Source of the DNA: Malacoraja senta
Taxonomy: Eukaryota
Length of the DNA stretch: 64,000 bases
Assembly: GCA_038087875.1 (NCBI GenBank)
Contig: JAXLNO010000111.1
Location: forward strand, 1 to 64,000
Direction: 5' to 3'
Below, piece after piece: positions 25,301 to 38,337 of the stretch (within the stretch, counting starts at the first letter, position 1; each line of letters starts with the position of its first letter). A program made the translations under genes and the position numbers. Below the pieces are notes generated by a model, which saw only the letters and a list, made by a program, of their open reading frames with translations, made no database searches and was not told where the DNA came from.

Positions 25301-26141
25301 TTTACAAAGAAGGCACTTTTTTTTCATTTCAGGAGCTGCAACAGACTTATGGACTTCAAGTAAATGATTTTTTCAGATATCTTCAACTTAGAGATTATGT
25401 AAAAGCAAGTACTCAAAACTTTAGAATTAGAAATTCAGAAATTCTTGATGACTGTTGGAATAAACACCCTAATACAGAAAAATTAATATCTTACATATAT
25501 TATATTTTATTAGATAGCGAGATTCCATCGACGGATTTATACAGACAAACATGGGAAAAAGAACAAAATCAAATAATAACGAAAGATACTTGGGAAGAAA
25601 GTTTACAACACATACATCAATGTTCATTAAATGCCAGACACTCTCTAATACAATTCAAAGTACTGCATAGGTTACATTATTCTAAAACAAAATTAAATAA
25701 AATCTTCCCACATATTTCCCCTATATGTGATAAATGTCAACATTTAGATGCTAACTTAACTCATACGTTTGCGAATTGTATAAAAATTAAAAAATTCTGG
25801 GCAAATATTTTTAGAATAATATCTATAGTTACCAGCATTCAATTGGACCTGGATCCAAAATTAATAATACTAGGAATATTAGAACCAAATCAAACATTTA
25901 CAACAACTCAAGAAACTTTATTGATTATAGTATAATAACTGTGAAAAAATTAATTCTAAAATTTTGGAAAGGTCCTATAACCTCCACAATTAAAATGTGG
26001 ATTATAGAAATGACAGAGACCTTACACTTGGAAAGAATTAGACTTGTCCTGTTGGACAAACAAGAATTATTTGTTGGAACATGGTCTCCATTTATTGATT
26101 ATCTAAAGGGTCAGAATGGTTCAGCACGGGAACCTGACTAG
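22336..26141 (+). pseudogene. L1 ORF2 (APE endonuclease, RT, C-terminal Cys/His motif), with several lesions
   Basis: SWNVKG, LQETH, GGDLN, SRIDY, SDH (endonuclease); GPDG, SLDAEKAFD, RQGCPLSP, LYADD, KYLG (RT); CDKC...HTFANC. Breaks near 22980, 23800, 24030, 25270 and 25930. Confidence 0.95.
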
Positions 26142-26523
26142 CACTCGAGCCAAGGAATAGATGAAATGTTATACTCTGAAATGTACGAATATATCTCGAA
26201 TGAAGTTTTTTTTTAGTAAGTTATTCCATTCTTCTTTATTATCTCTTTCTTTTTTTTCCCTTTTCTTTTCTCTCTTTCTTTCATCTATCTTTTTATTTCT
26301 ACTTACTTAAAAAAAGAAAAGAAAAAATCATTGGAGACAATGTGAATAATGTTTGACAATATTATTAATTTAGAAATGAAAGACTTGTAACGATTTTAAT
26401 ATGATATGTATTTACCTCCAAACAAAAACAAAACAAAAAAAAACAAAAAAAAGAACTTTTTTGAAAAGTAATTTAAAATAAATAACTGAAATATCACATT
26501 TACATAGGTATTCAGACTCTTTA

Positions 26524-27540
26524 CTCAATACTTTGTTTAGGCACCTTTGGCAGCGATTACAGCCTCAAGTCTTCTTGGGTATGACGCTACAAGCTTGGCA
26601 CACCTGTATTTGGGTAATTTCTCCCATTCTTCTCTGCAGATCCTCTCAAGCTCTGTCAGGTTGAATGGGGAGCATCAATGCACAGCTATTTTCAGGTCCC
26701 TCCAGAAATGTTCGATCGGGTTCAAGTCCAGGCTCTGGCCGGGCCACTCTAGGACATTCACAGACTTGTCACGAAGCCACTCCTGAGTTGTCTTGGCTGT
26801 GTGCTTAGGGTCATTGTCCTGTTGGAAGGTGAACCTCTGCCCCAGTCTGAGGTCTAGAACGCTCTGGAGCAGGTTTTCATCAAGGATATCTCTGTACTTT
26901 GCTCCATTCATCTTTCCCTCGATCCTGACTAGCCTCCCAGTTCCTACCGCTGAAAAACATCCCCACAGCATGATGCTGCCACCACCATGCTTCACCATAG
27001 TTATGGTATTGGCCAGGTGATGAGCAGTGCCTGGTTTCCTCTAGGCGTGATGCTTGGCATTCAGGCCAAAGAGTTCAATCTTGGTTTCATCAGACCAGAG
27101 CACCAGAGAAAACAACCCTTTTGGCAAACTCAAAGCGGGCTGTCATGTGCCTTTTACTGAGGAGTGGCTTCTGTCCAGCCACTCTACCATAAAGACCTGA
27201 TTGGTGGAGTGCCGCAGATATAGTTGTCCTTCCGGAAGGTTCTCCTATCTCCACAGAGGAACTCTGGAGCTCTGTCAGAGTGACCATCGGGTTCTTGGTC
27301 ACCTCCCTGACCAAGGCCCTTCTCCCCTTATTGCTCAATTTGGCCGGGTGGCCAGCTCTATGAAGAGTCCTGGTGGTTCCAATGTTCTTCCATTTGAGAA
27401 TGACGGAGGCCACTGTGCTCTTCGGGACCTGCAATGCTGCAGAAATTATTTTATACCCTTCACCATATCTGTGTCTTGACATAATCCTGTCTCGGAGATC
27501 TACAGACAATTCCTTCGTCTTCCTGGCTTGGTTTTTGCTC
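26524..27540 (-). pseudogene. Tc1 transposase (disabled)
   Basis: SVDLRDRIMSRHRYGEGY...AGHPAKLS (paired-like HTH), [34 protein letters not shown]. In-frame stops and a small replacement/deletion at ~27100-27120. Confidence 0.92.
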
Positions 27541-29592
27541 TGACATGCACTGTCAACTGTGGGACCTTATATAGACAGGTGTGTGCCTTTCCAAATCATG
27601 TCCAATCAATTTAATTTACCACTGGTGGACTCCAATCAAGTTGTAGAAACATCTCAAGGATAATCAATGGAAACAGGATGAACCTAAGCTCAATTTAGAG
27701 TGTCATCACAAAGGGTCTGAATAGTTATGTAAATGTGATATTTCAGTTATTTCTTTTTAATTACTTTGCAAAAATTTCTAAACTCCTGTTTTCGCTTCTT
27801 CATACTGGGGTATTGTGTGTAGATTGATGATTAAAAAAATAAAATTGTATCCATTTCAGAATTTTATCTCCCTATCCACCTTATCTAAATGTATCCATCT
27901 CTACCCCGTTGCCCCTCAGCCTGTTCAGCTCCAAGGAATACAAATCCAACCTATCAAGTCTCGTCAAGAACAGCACACAATATTGTGGCTGTTGCCAAAA
28001 CATTGCTTAATAAAATTGTTCCAATATCTCCATGCTCTTATATTCACTGTCCTTGCTAAAAAAAGGCAAGCATTGTGCCTATCTTCTTCACCACCCTGTC
28101 CACCTTTCGGATCTTTGGACTTGTAAACCAAGATCTCTTTGCCTCTCAGTACTCCCTGAGCTCTACTATTCATAGGACATGTCCTACTCTTATTAGACCA
28201 TTCAAAATACATCATCTCACAGTTATCAGGATTAAATCCTACCGACCATTGCCTTACTCAGATTACCAGTTGATCAATATTATTCTGTATCCTGAGATTA
28301 CCCTTCTCACTACACATATTTTGTGTTTTCCTCAAACTTACTGATCATACCTCCAAAATTAACATTCAAGTTGTTAATATATAGAACAAACAGGAAGTTG
28401 CCTTGAATATTGTGGGCTCTAACATCTTGGGCAAGTTTTCCACGTTTGACCTTGCCAAAGTCCCTGTAACTACATTCATCACATTGCCCTCAACAATATA
28501 TTTAGCTACTTCTTCAAAACATCTCAATTAACTTAGTTTGACAGGATCTCCCACAAAATAAACTGTGCTGACTATCTCTGATCAATTCCTAGCTTTCCAA
28601 GTGTGGATTAACCCTGGTCTTCCAATTTTTTTCCAACAATTCCCTGACCTCTGATCCTAAGATAACTGAACTATAGCTATCTGGCTTAACCCTGCTGCCC
28701 TTCCTGAATAAAGATTGCACTTTTGCAATCTTTTAGTCATTTGGCAACTCACTCATGGCCAGCGAAGCTTGGGTGATAGCAATCTACCCCATTACTTCTC
28801 ATGGTAGCCTGGAATATATCTCATCAGAGGCTGGAGATTTATCTACCTTTCTGTCCACCAAGACATCTAATATCCCTACCTTTTTACTCCTAATTTGCTA
28901 TAGTTTTGTCATCTCCAATTAAGTCTCCAATTACACCAACCTTCTGTTTATAAATACAGATGAAAAGTATTCATTTAAGATCTCACCCATGTCCTCTGAT
29001 TTCATACACGGGTTGCCCCTTGGGTCCCTAACAGACCCTATTCCTTACCTACCTACCCAATAAATCCCAAGGAATCTCTCTTAATTTTGGATCATGTTCA
29101 GGTAGAGGAAATTAGTTTAACTTAGCATCATGTTTGGCACATCATGATTGTGGGCTAAAGGGCCTGTTCCTGTTTTGTAATATTCTATGTTCTACGTTCT
29201 TGTCTGCCAGTAACATTTTATGAACCTTCTTTGCCCTCCTAAATTCTTTTAAAAAGTATTTTCTACACTCTCTCAATACTCCTGAAGGGCCTGTCTCATT
29301 TCCAGTGTCCTATATCTATCATGTACTTCCTTTTCTGTCTTTATCATCCCTTCAATATTACTCAACCATCACAATTTCTTGGACTTGCTGTCCTCACCCA
29401 TCACACTTATGGGACATGTTAGTCCTGAACTCTCATTAGTTCATTTTTTGCATTAAAATAGATGTAATTTAACCTTTCAGTCAAAAAACTCCCACTTCCC
29501 TGGGAGGAGCTACTTCAAGACGACATCTGTCAGATCCCATCTGATGATCCAAAAATCCTTATCTCAATTCAGACACAATTATCATCTTTTTT

Positions 29593-29898
29593 TTAGTTTA
29601 GTTTAGTTTAGAGATACAGTGTGGAAATGGCCCTTCGGCCCACCAAATCCACACCAACCAGCGATCACCTGTACACTGGTTCTATCCTACACACAAGAGC
29701 CAATTTACAGAAGTCAACTAATCTCCAAATCTGTACATCTTTGGAATGTGGGAGGAAACCGGAGCATCCGGAGGAAAGCCCATGCAGTCACAGGTAGAAT
29801 GCACAAACTCTTAGCAGACAGCACCCGTGGTTAGGATCGAATCTGGACCTTTGGCTCTGTGAGGCAGCAATTCCATTGCAGCACCACTGTGCCGCCCT
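29593..29898 (-). mobile_element. HE1-like tRNA-derived V-SINE
   Basis: Reverse complement of the 59686-60007 consensus-like copy, with a (tttag)n tail. Confidence 0.85.
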
Positions 29899-30884
29899 CA
29901 AGGTACATTTCTGTACCTTGGTAAATTTAAAAATTACTTTCTCACAGTGTTCTTCCACTGGCACTTCATCCACTTGCTTGGTTACATTTTCTTTGGAATA
30001 CCAGCAAAGTAACCATCCCTTTTTATAATTCTCAGATCTACCCTATGCTTTTGTAATACATTCTAAATCATCTTCTCACATTACTGCAATGATAATGCAA
30101 TGCCCCTTCCTCTTTAAAATCCACTCCCACCCGCCCCAATCAACACCAAACGCTTCCGTACGCTGGAATGTCTAGTTGCCAGTCCCGTTCTTCTTTCAAT
30201 CGTGACTCTGTATCAGCAACAATATCATATTTGTATGTGTGGAAAGAACTGCAGATGCTGGTTTAAACTGAAGATAGACACAAAAAGCTGGAGTAGCTCA
30301 GCGGGACAGGCTGCATCTCTGAAGAGAAGGAATGGGTGACGTTTTGGGTCGAGACCTTTCTTCAGACTGAATGTCACCCATTCCTTAGCTTCCAACCACC
30401 CGAACAGCAAAAGCAAGTCACCCAACAAGAATACCGGACTTGATCCTGTTCAAGTGTAACCATCCTATTTACACAGGTCCAGAAACATTACCAATGTTCC
30501 AGATATCTAAAGCGTTCATTCATGTACATTGTTTATTTTCATTTTATTGTAACAATCGCCAGTATCATCAATCCACTCAAAAAGACAACCATTGATTTCA
30601 CTGCCCCTTAAATTTACCACTTACTCTCCAACTTGCCATTTTCTCCAAAGTCCTCAATATATTGTCACCTCTCCAAATCCACATCCAAATTCCACGCAAC
30701 TCACTCAGTCCTTGAACCCAGCCGTTACCACAGCAATGAAGCGGCTCCCAACAAAATCAAACTTAACAAGCTAAGCGATTGTAACCAAGATGAAGTACCC
30801 CTCCTTATCTGCCTGCGGCCTTTAATTTGGTTGACAGTACCAATCTTCTCCATGCTTTTCCACCACCCACCTGACACTTGAGGC

Positions 30885-31145
30885 TTCAGACTTTAGAGAT
30901 ACAGCGCAGAAATAGGTCTTTCGGCACGCTGAGTCCACGCTGACCAGCGAACACCCTGTACACTAACACTATCCTACACACGACGGACAATTCTGCATGT
31001 GTTACCAAAGCCAATTAACTTACAAACCTGCACATCTTTGGAGAGTGGGCAAAAACCTATGCAGTCATAGGGAGAACATACATACAAACTCTGAACAGAC
31101 AGCATCCTGTAAAGCAGCAACTCTACTGCTGTGCCACTGTGCAGC
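30885..31145 (-). mobile_element. HE1-like V-SINE (degenerate)
   Basis: agagatacagcgc...ccaattaacttacaaacc...gcaactctactgctgtgccactgtgc. Confidence 0.75.
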
Positions 31146-32126
31146 CCACTTGTTCTATTTTTATCTGTCCCGTCATAACTGACAGATATGTCAGTATCTG
31201 AACAATTATCTGGAACATCTTCTGTTCCTGTTCATTCTTCCTATCCTCTAGCACGTTGTTTGGTGGTGGGGACAGTGTGGAACTTGGCTCTCCTTGGTTA
31301 CCCCATTTCAGTCACAGAAACATCAATAAACCAGAGGGTGTCGACCCAAAACGTTGCCCATTCCTTCTATCCAGAGAGGCTGCATGTCCCGCTGAGTTAC
31401 TCCAGCATTTTGTGTCTATCTTCATTACCATTCCTTTCTTGCCAATGAGCCAATTTTGGATCCAATTTGTCACTGTCCCCGGGATTTTATTTTCCACCCT
31501 TAACTAGGCAAGGCTAAGCTACAAACTTGCTGAAATACAGAGGGATTACATCAAAACCACATCCCTCATTGATTCTCTTTATTATCTTCTCAAGTTAGTC
31601 AGACATGATTTTTCCTAAATATTAATTAAACAGTGCCTTCAAAGTTGATGGAATGGATTATAATAGTTTATCCGCCAATATTAAATTAACCGGCCTGTAA
31701 TTATTTAGTTTAGTCCCATGTCCCTCTTTAGACAATAGGACAAAGTACCTGTCCTCTGATCCACTGATATCACTTCTCTCGCTAGAAAGTCATAAGAATT
31801 ACCATCTGAACCCCTGTAATTTCCTCCTTTCTAACTTTGGGATATATTTCATTTGGAGGTGTTAATTCATTCATTTAAAATATATATAATTCAACGATGT
31901 GGGCTTTGCAGACTGAGCCAGCATCAAATTGCCGTCAGGATAATGTGCGACTTGGAAACTAAGCTGCAGGTGCTGGTGTTCATATGCCTTTTAAAGATAT
32001 AACTCTCTGTTTGCCACATCATTTATTGCCATCTACCTTAACTACAACATTGGAATCATCGTGGTCTTTTGTGAAGAAAGTTGTCATAAAATGTATTAAG
32101 GATCTTAACCCATCCTCTCCCTACAC

Positions 32127-32398
32127 AGGGAGAGCAGTGGTTGAGTTGCTGCCTTACAGAGCCAGAGACCCGGGTTTGATCCTGACCATGGGTCCGTAAG
32201 GAGTTTGGATATACTCCCTGTGACCGCGTGGGCTTCCTCCAGGTGTTTCGGCTTTCTTCCAAACTCCAAAGACTTTTACAAGTTTGTAGGTTAATTGGCT
32301 TCGGTAAAATTGTGTAGGATAGTGTTAGTGTGTGGGGATTGTTGGTTGGCTGAAGGGCCTGTTTCAGCGCTGGATCTCTAAATCAAACTAAACTAAAC
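32127..32398 (+). mobile_element. HE1-like V-SINE
   Basis: gagttgctgccttacag...ggtttgatcc...tttgtaggttaattggc...ctaaactaaac. Confidence 0.85.
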
Positions 32399-33844
32399 AG
32401 ATGCTACCAATTTGGTCCTTGTAAGCTCTTCATATATTTAGAAAAATATCTTGGAATGTCTTTGTTTTTTCTCACCAATATTTTCCATGCCCTCTTTGTA
32501 CTTATCTAATTACCTTTTTAATTTTTTTCCTCCCTATTTATAATTTTCCTGACTATCTGCTGTACTAGGTTCTTACATGGGGTTCTCATTTGTTTCTCTT
32601 TCCTCCCCGCTGTGCATCTTGTTTTTCAGCGAGTTTTAATTTTTATTAAAAATAAATCCTGTTCTTTTTATTGGAATCCTTAAACACTACAATTTATTTA
32701 CTTTATAGTAACTGTTTATGGACCATTGTTACCTAATCACTTGTCAGTCAAATAAAACTAGCCATACTCCAGTTTAGAATCCATACTCATATTTTATTTT
32801 TGCACCTTTCCGCAATGACGTTAAATCCCTCCAAAGTATAATCATTGTCAACAAAATGCTCACCTGCTGATCTCTACCTGTCCAGATTCACTCCTTAAAA
32901 TTAAATCCACTAGCTCTTTGTTTGCTAGTTCTTAATTTAAAACATTGACTGGAATGCAGTTTTAGATATCACTAGTCACCTAATGCAATGAGAGTTTTCC
33001 AATTAATAATGGGTTAATTATAATTCCCCTCTATTATGGCTTTAGTGCACGTCAGAAATTTGTCAGACTGTCTCAGTCTTTGTCATGCTGTTTGCTTTAT
33101 AGTACATTCCCAACAGTGTAATTGTTTTTCTTATTTTATTTTATTTTCAGTTCAACCCATATAACATCATTTGATGATCCTTCCAACATATCTTCCCTTC
33201 TCAAAGCTATAATTGCTTAATCACCTACTTAATCACCACTTTACTACTTTCACCCCCTTCTTTTATCATCTCCCTCTCCAACTCAGGAGAAAAAACATTT
33301 ACCCAGAGCTGTTAATCTGGCATCTTTGGCCCTGTTAATGCCATATTTCTGTCATAGTTCTAGCAGCATACTTCCTTGCTTCTATTAATGTTCTCAGTCT
33401 CCTTTCTCCTTCACCTCTTTCCTTGCATTTGGGATATAACTTTTGGTATTACCAAACTAACCCTTGTTTTTTGTACATCTTATACTCTCCAATTAATTTC
33501 CTGTCTTTCACTTTCTGATTTTCTCCTTTCTGAATCTTCGCCCATGCCTGTCAAGTTACCTTGAAGCTGTCCCCACCTCCCATACAGTATTAGCAACCCT
33601 GCTCAAGAGTGGACCCTGCCATGTTGACGTGCAAAAGAGCTGGCCTCTATAGATCCTATACTCATCAAAATAGGTCCCAGAAATCTAAAGCTTCTCTTTA
33701 GTACCACAAATTCATTTGTATCATCCTTCTATTTCTATAAGTTTTGTTGCGCAGTACAAGGAATAATCCAGGGACTCCTTTCTTCCCAAACTCCTAAAAA
33801 AAGTACCTCCTGGACCTCATTCTCCTTTCTACTTATGCTGATTA

Positions 33845-35008
33845 TCTATATTACTAAAAGTCTGATCTTGACCACTTCCTGTTGTTCTGTATATTGATTT
33901 CAGATAAAACGCTGCCACTTACGGCTGTGATTTTTGGCCATCTTACTCAGAGTCCCCCTCCAATATGCAGGACAAGAGGGGTTTTCCCATCGATGAAAAA
34001 TAAAAGAGTTATTAGAGTTAAAAAATGTTGAGATTCTCTCTCCTGAAGGCCACGCCCCTTCCGGAGGGACTATAAAACCCGGAAGTGTTGAGTGCCTCAG
34101 TCAGTCTCTGCAAGTGAGAGGGTCACATCTCTCAGTCTGAGCTGTGAATAACACTGAACACATGTGAGTGGTTTTACTGACCTGTCAGTGCCCTTAATGT
34201 GGTTTGAAAATATAGTTTGGAAATGCTAAAGTTGTGTTGCCTTTGGTTTGGAAATGCTAACGCTGTGTTGCCTTTGGTTTGGAAATGCTAAAGCGTGTTG
34301 CCTTTGGTTTGGAAATGCTAAAGCTGTGTTGCCTAATTAAAGTTGCCTTGCCTAATTAAAGTTGCCTTGCCTAATTAAGGTTGCCTTGCCTTCTATATAA
34401 TTAAAAGTCTAATCTTGACCACTTCCTGTTTGCGCTTTATATTGATTAAAAAAAAATGCTACCACGTATATCTGTCCTCTCTCCTGTCAATCACGCCATG
34501 AAGGCCACGCCCCTTCTGGTGGGAGTGGGGGTGGGACTATAAAATGCAGAAGTGTGGGAATGGCTCGGTCTCTGCAAGGTGGAGGAGGGAGCCATTCCCA
34601 CACTTGCACCCTGCTTAAAGTGGTAAGAAACTGCACTTGAATTTGGTGACCTTGCACCCTCTTGAAATGGAATTTCAAGGAATAGCCAGCCGTGAGTCAA
34701 CTGCCAGCCCACCAGCCGTGAGTGAGTGAGCTGCCAGCATAACAGGCTTGAGTGACTGAGCCGCCAGCATAACAGGCTTGAGTGACTGAGCCGCTAGCCC
34801 AATAATCCATTCGGCCCACAATGTCCATACTAGCCTTCTGGAAACCAGTCCCTTCAGCCCACAACACCCATACTAGCACTCCAGAAAGCTCCCCCCCACC
34901 ACTCCCCACTGGCCACTAATATTGGAATTAGTGGAGAGGTGGAATATTGCGTTGGTGGACCTGCTCTCCCGTGTGATACTGGGACCCAACATGTCCCACT
35001 TAGTCTAG
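33845..35008 (+). mobile_element. Non-autonomous Helitron with a duplicated 5' end and internal minisatellites
   Basis: 5' end A|TCTATATTACTAAAAGTCTGATCTTG. 3' hairpin GGGAC-CCAACAT-GTCCC, then ACTTAGTCTAG|T. No TSD. A second 5'-end copy sits at ~34392. Confidence 0.85.
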
Positions 35009-35624
35009 TTACTAATATAGGATATGACCTCTGGCTCATTCCAGAATTCATGACCAATCCATTCCAGAATATTCTGTAGCTGCTCAGTGATATTCCTCCA
35101 TTTGATGTCTGGAATCACATCCGTGACTCCAGCAACATTTGTTTGTTCCCTTAACTATACAATTTCCTGTAACTATTCGTTTTGAACTATCACTACCCTT
35201 CAACACCAATCTGCTGTATCCATTGTTGTGGATTGACTTTGTAATACTGCTTTCTAGCATTCAGTTTTGGATTTGAAGGCAATTCTTCCATATTTGAATA
35301 GTATGGCATTGAAGTGCCACACCAAACACCACTCTTTCTACTGATATTAAGCTTACATTAAGCAAGACCATTCTTGATCTGGATGTTGCATTTGACCCTG
35401 AGCTGAGGTATTGGATGCAAAGTCTTCCCATCACCAGGGTTAACAGGGTTTCTATTCTTGTAATATTAGGAGTTTCTATCTGTGTCCCTGCTTCAATATA
35501 TCAGCTGCTGACACCCTCTTCCTAGTTTATGTGATCTTGACTATTGTATTACTTTTGGTGCTGACCCCACCTCCAATACTCTCCCTTAAAACCTGAGCAC
35601 ATCCAAAACACATTGCTACTCTTG

Positions 35625-35870
35625 TTTAGTTTAACTTTGTTTAGAGATACAGAAACAGGGCCTTCGGCATTTACATTTACGCCAAGCCAATTAACCTACA
35701 AACCTGCACATGTTTGGAGTGTGGGAGGAAAACGAAGATCTCAGAAAAAACCCACGCAGTTCACAGGGAGAATGTACAAACTCCATACAGACAAGCACCC
35801 ATAGTCGGGATCGGACCTGGGTCTCTGACACTGTAAGACAGTAACTTTACCGCTACGCCACCGTGCCACC
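35625..35870 (-). mobile_element. HE1-like V-SINE (internally deleted)
   Basis: V-domain and tRNA-like head in reverse orientation. Confidence 0.8.
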
Positions 35871-36384
35871 TTGTCTTAACAAGTTGCACGTGTCTTTTGA
35901 CCTAAAATAAGATGAAGCATTGATGCTAAATTTCAAAATCACCATGATGGATGTCATGGAGGGAGGCCAATGGGTGATGGTGTTTCCTTTTGTTTGTTGT
36001 CTTGGTGGCAGAGGTCATGAGTTTGGGAGATGCCGTCAAAGTAGCCTAGATGACTAATAGCAGTACGTTTTCTCAATTGTACACCTAGCAGCTACTATGT
36101 GTTAGCAGCGGAGGGAATGAATATCTAAGGGAGTTGGATGTGGTGTAGATCAAATGGATTGCTTTGCCCTGGATGCTATGAAAACTGCTGGAGCTGCAGC
36201 AATTCAAGGCATTGGGAAAGTGTTTCATCACACTCCTGTATTTTGGAGATGATGGAAAGATTGTTGGGCGTTCTTCATATCTATTCCCAAGCTTCTGCAC
36301 AGTTTTAGTCATCTTCAGCTTCAGCAACAACAGTTTAAGCTGCATAGGTCCTTAACTTTGAATTCCCTCCTTTAACTTTTTGTT

Positions 36385-36723
36385 TAGTTTAGTTCAGTTT
36401 GGTTTAGTTTTGTTTAGTTTAGTTTAGAGATACAGCATGGAAACAGGTCCTTTGGCCCACTGAGCTTGCGCCGACCAGTGATCCCCGCACATTAACATTC
36501 TGCTACACACACTAGGGACAATTTTACATTTATACCAAGCCAATTAACCTACAAACATGTATGTCTTTGGAGTGTGGGGGGAGTCCATTGATCTCGGAGA
36601 AAACCCATGCGGTCACGGGGAGAACATACAGACAGAACGTACAGACAGCAGCCATAGTCGGGATTGAACCCGGGTCTCTGGCGCTGTAAGCACTGTAAGG
36701 CAGCAACTCTACCACTGTGCCAC
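36385..36723 (-). mobile_element. HE1-like V-SINE
   Basis: (tttag)n tail, V-domain, and B-box-like ggttcaatcc on the minus strand. Confidence 0.85.
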
Positions 36724-37349
36724 ACTTCTCCAGTTTTATACGTTCACTTCAGCTGGTCCCTAAAGAGGAGTTCTTATTTCAAATCTTTTTGCCTCAAACT
36801 ATCTGTGTCAAACTTTGATTCATTGGCCCATGTAAAAGCAGGCATTTGTTGTTGTTACAACAGCATTATGTGATCTCAGTTGTGATAATGTTGGCAAGCA
36901 ACTTGGGAAATGATTCATGTTGATAAAGTCACGATGATGGAACTTAATGCAGAGAGGAAGGCTAAACGAAACAAAGTAATTTAATTTCTGATGAACATTT
37001 TGCAAAAAGGAAATAGAATTTGTTTTACTTAGGTGAATGGTTGCCATTTTATGAATAAGTAATTGCATAAAGTTAATAAAAAATTAATGATTTTAAATGT
37101 CAGAAGACTAAAATTCAAGTCTGAATTGCTTGAAACATACATTGAGTAATCTCATGTTTTTAACACCAGAGGAACTCGAGTAAACCAATTACTTAGTGTA
37201 ATAAATCATGAGAGGAATAGATCGGGTAGACACACAGTACAGGCCAATGTCCTAAGCTCAGCCTTCTTTTGTTATTTCATCAATGACCTGTCCTTCCACA
37301 ATATGAAAAATAAGATGGTTGCTGCTAATTGTGCACTTGCACAAAGGCT

Positions 37350-37725
37350 TACTCCACCCCAGTCATTCCCCCTTCTCCCTGCTCCCTGCTCCCATCAGGC
37401 AGAAGATACAGAAAGTTTAAAACGCACCACCAGACTCAGTAACAGCTTCTTCCACTCTGTTATCAGACATTTGAATGGTCCCTCCCACAAGCTAGGTTAC
37501 TGTCCAGTTCACCTCTACCCCATCACAGATGTCGGACTTTGTCTATGGAACTGGTGAGCAACAATGCTGAGAACTATATTCTGCACTCTGTACCTTCCTT
37601 TTTGTACTTGAGTTTGACTTAATTTAATTTAGGTATGGTATTATCTGATCTGATTGGATAGCATGCAGAACAAAGCTTTTCACTGTACCTCAGTACACAT
37701 GTCAATGACAGACTTAAATCTAAAC
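37350..37725 (+). mobile_element. Rex1/Babar-like LINE 3' end
   Basis: cccatcaggcagaagatacagaagttt...accaccagactcagtaacagcttctt...aaagcttttcactgtacctc. Confidence 0.7.
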
Positions 37726-38337
37726 TTCAATTCCAATCACAACTCCTCACTCATGTAATAATACCTCACGACTGTTTAGACATTTGGGGATACATAACTT
37801 ACATGATTCCCTCTAAATGCACTATTCAGAGTTGGGAGTTTATTGATGTTCTTTCGTCATTTTTCTGGTCTAAACCTTGGAACTATCTCCCCAGCAGCAC
37901 TGTGGAGTCAGCCTGAGGATGGTAGAAGTTTAAGAATGCAGGGTTGAGACATCTTCATGAAGACAGGTAGCAATGGAGAGTAAATGCTGGTCTTGCCAGC
38001 CTTGTCCAAATCCCACAAGAAAATGTAAAAAGAAACCTTGAACTGGAGTAATGCTGTGCGCACAAGCACTTCAAAAGAACTAAAAACATGTCTCCATTCT
38101 GATAAAAGTTAGATCCCTGCTCCACGTGCGCGGTTTCTGGTTTGGTGGGCATGTTTCCAAGAAATTCCTTTTTATTTCAACACAAAAATGCATAGTTTGC
38201 CTTTATTGGTGGTGTTTTGGAATCTATCCTGCAGTGTAAGTAATGGTTGTTTTTTGAGGCACTGTCAGTCAATACATCGTCTCAAAGCAGAGGTTTTTCA
38301 TCAAAGTGGTTGTGTGCTTTGAAACTTTTTCGTTCCC

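Larger units (their letters stand above)
20163..26451 (+). mobile_element. Full-length L1-clade LINE (~6.3 kb), disabled
   Basis: 13-bp TSD AGAACTTTTTTGA (20150-20162, 26452-26464). 5' end GGACTTCCGG, then ORF1, AT-rich spacer, ORF2, T-rich 3' UTR and A-rich tail. Confidence 0.95.
20008..27860 (-). mobile_element. Tc1-family (DD34E, IR/DR type) DNA transposon, interrupted by an L1; outer end at ~27860 truncated
   Basis: TA|CAGTGCATTCAGAAAGTATTCAGACC at 20006-20033. Inner DRs at ~26505-26520 and ~27713-27730. Inverted-repeat sequence at 27713-27860 mirrors 20070-20160 plus 26465-26520. Confidence 0.92.
27865..33750 (-). mobile_element. Highly decayed minus-strand CR1-like sequence interleaved with SINEs
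   Basis: Scattered reverse-complement CR1 motifs (e.g. ccaattttggatccaattt, aaatacagatgaaaagtattcatt). No intact ORF; boundaries approximate. Confidence 0.5.

Noticed and set aside
34215..34390. Short direct repeats as a CRISPR-like array
   Set aside because: They are head-to-tail minisatellites without unique spacers, inside a Helitron, in a vertebrate genome.
36880..36975. Plus-strand exon ending ...ERKAKRNK|GTAATT
   Set aside because: All three frames from the best nearby acceptor contain stops, and there is no recognisable homology.
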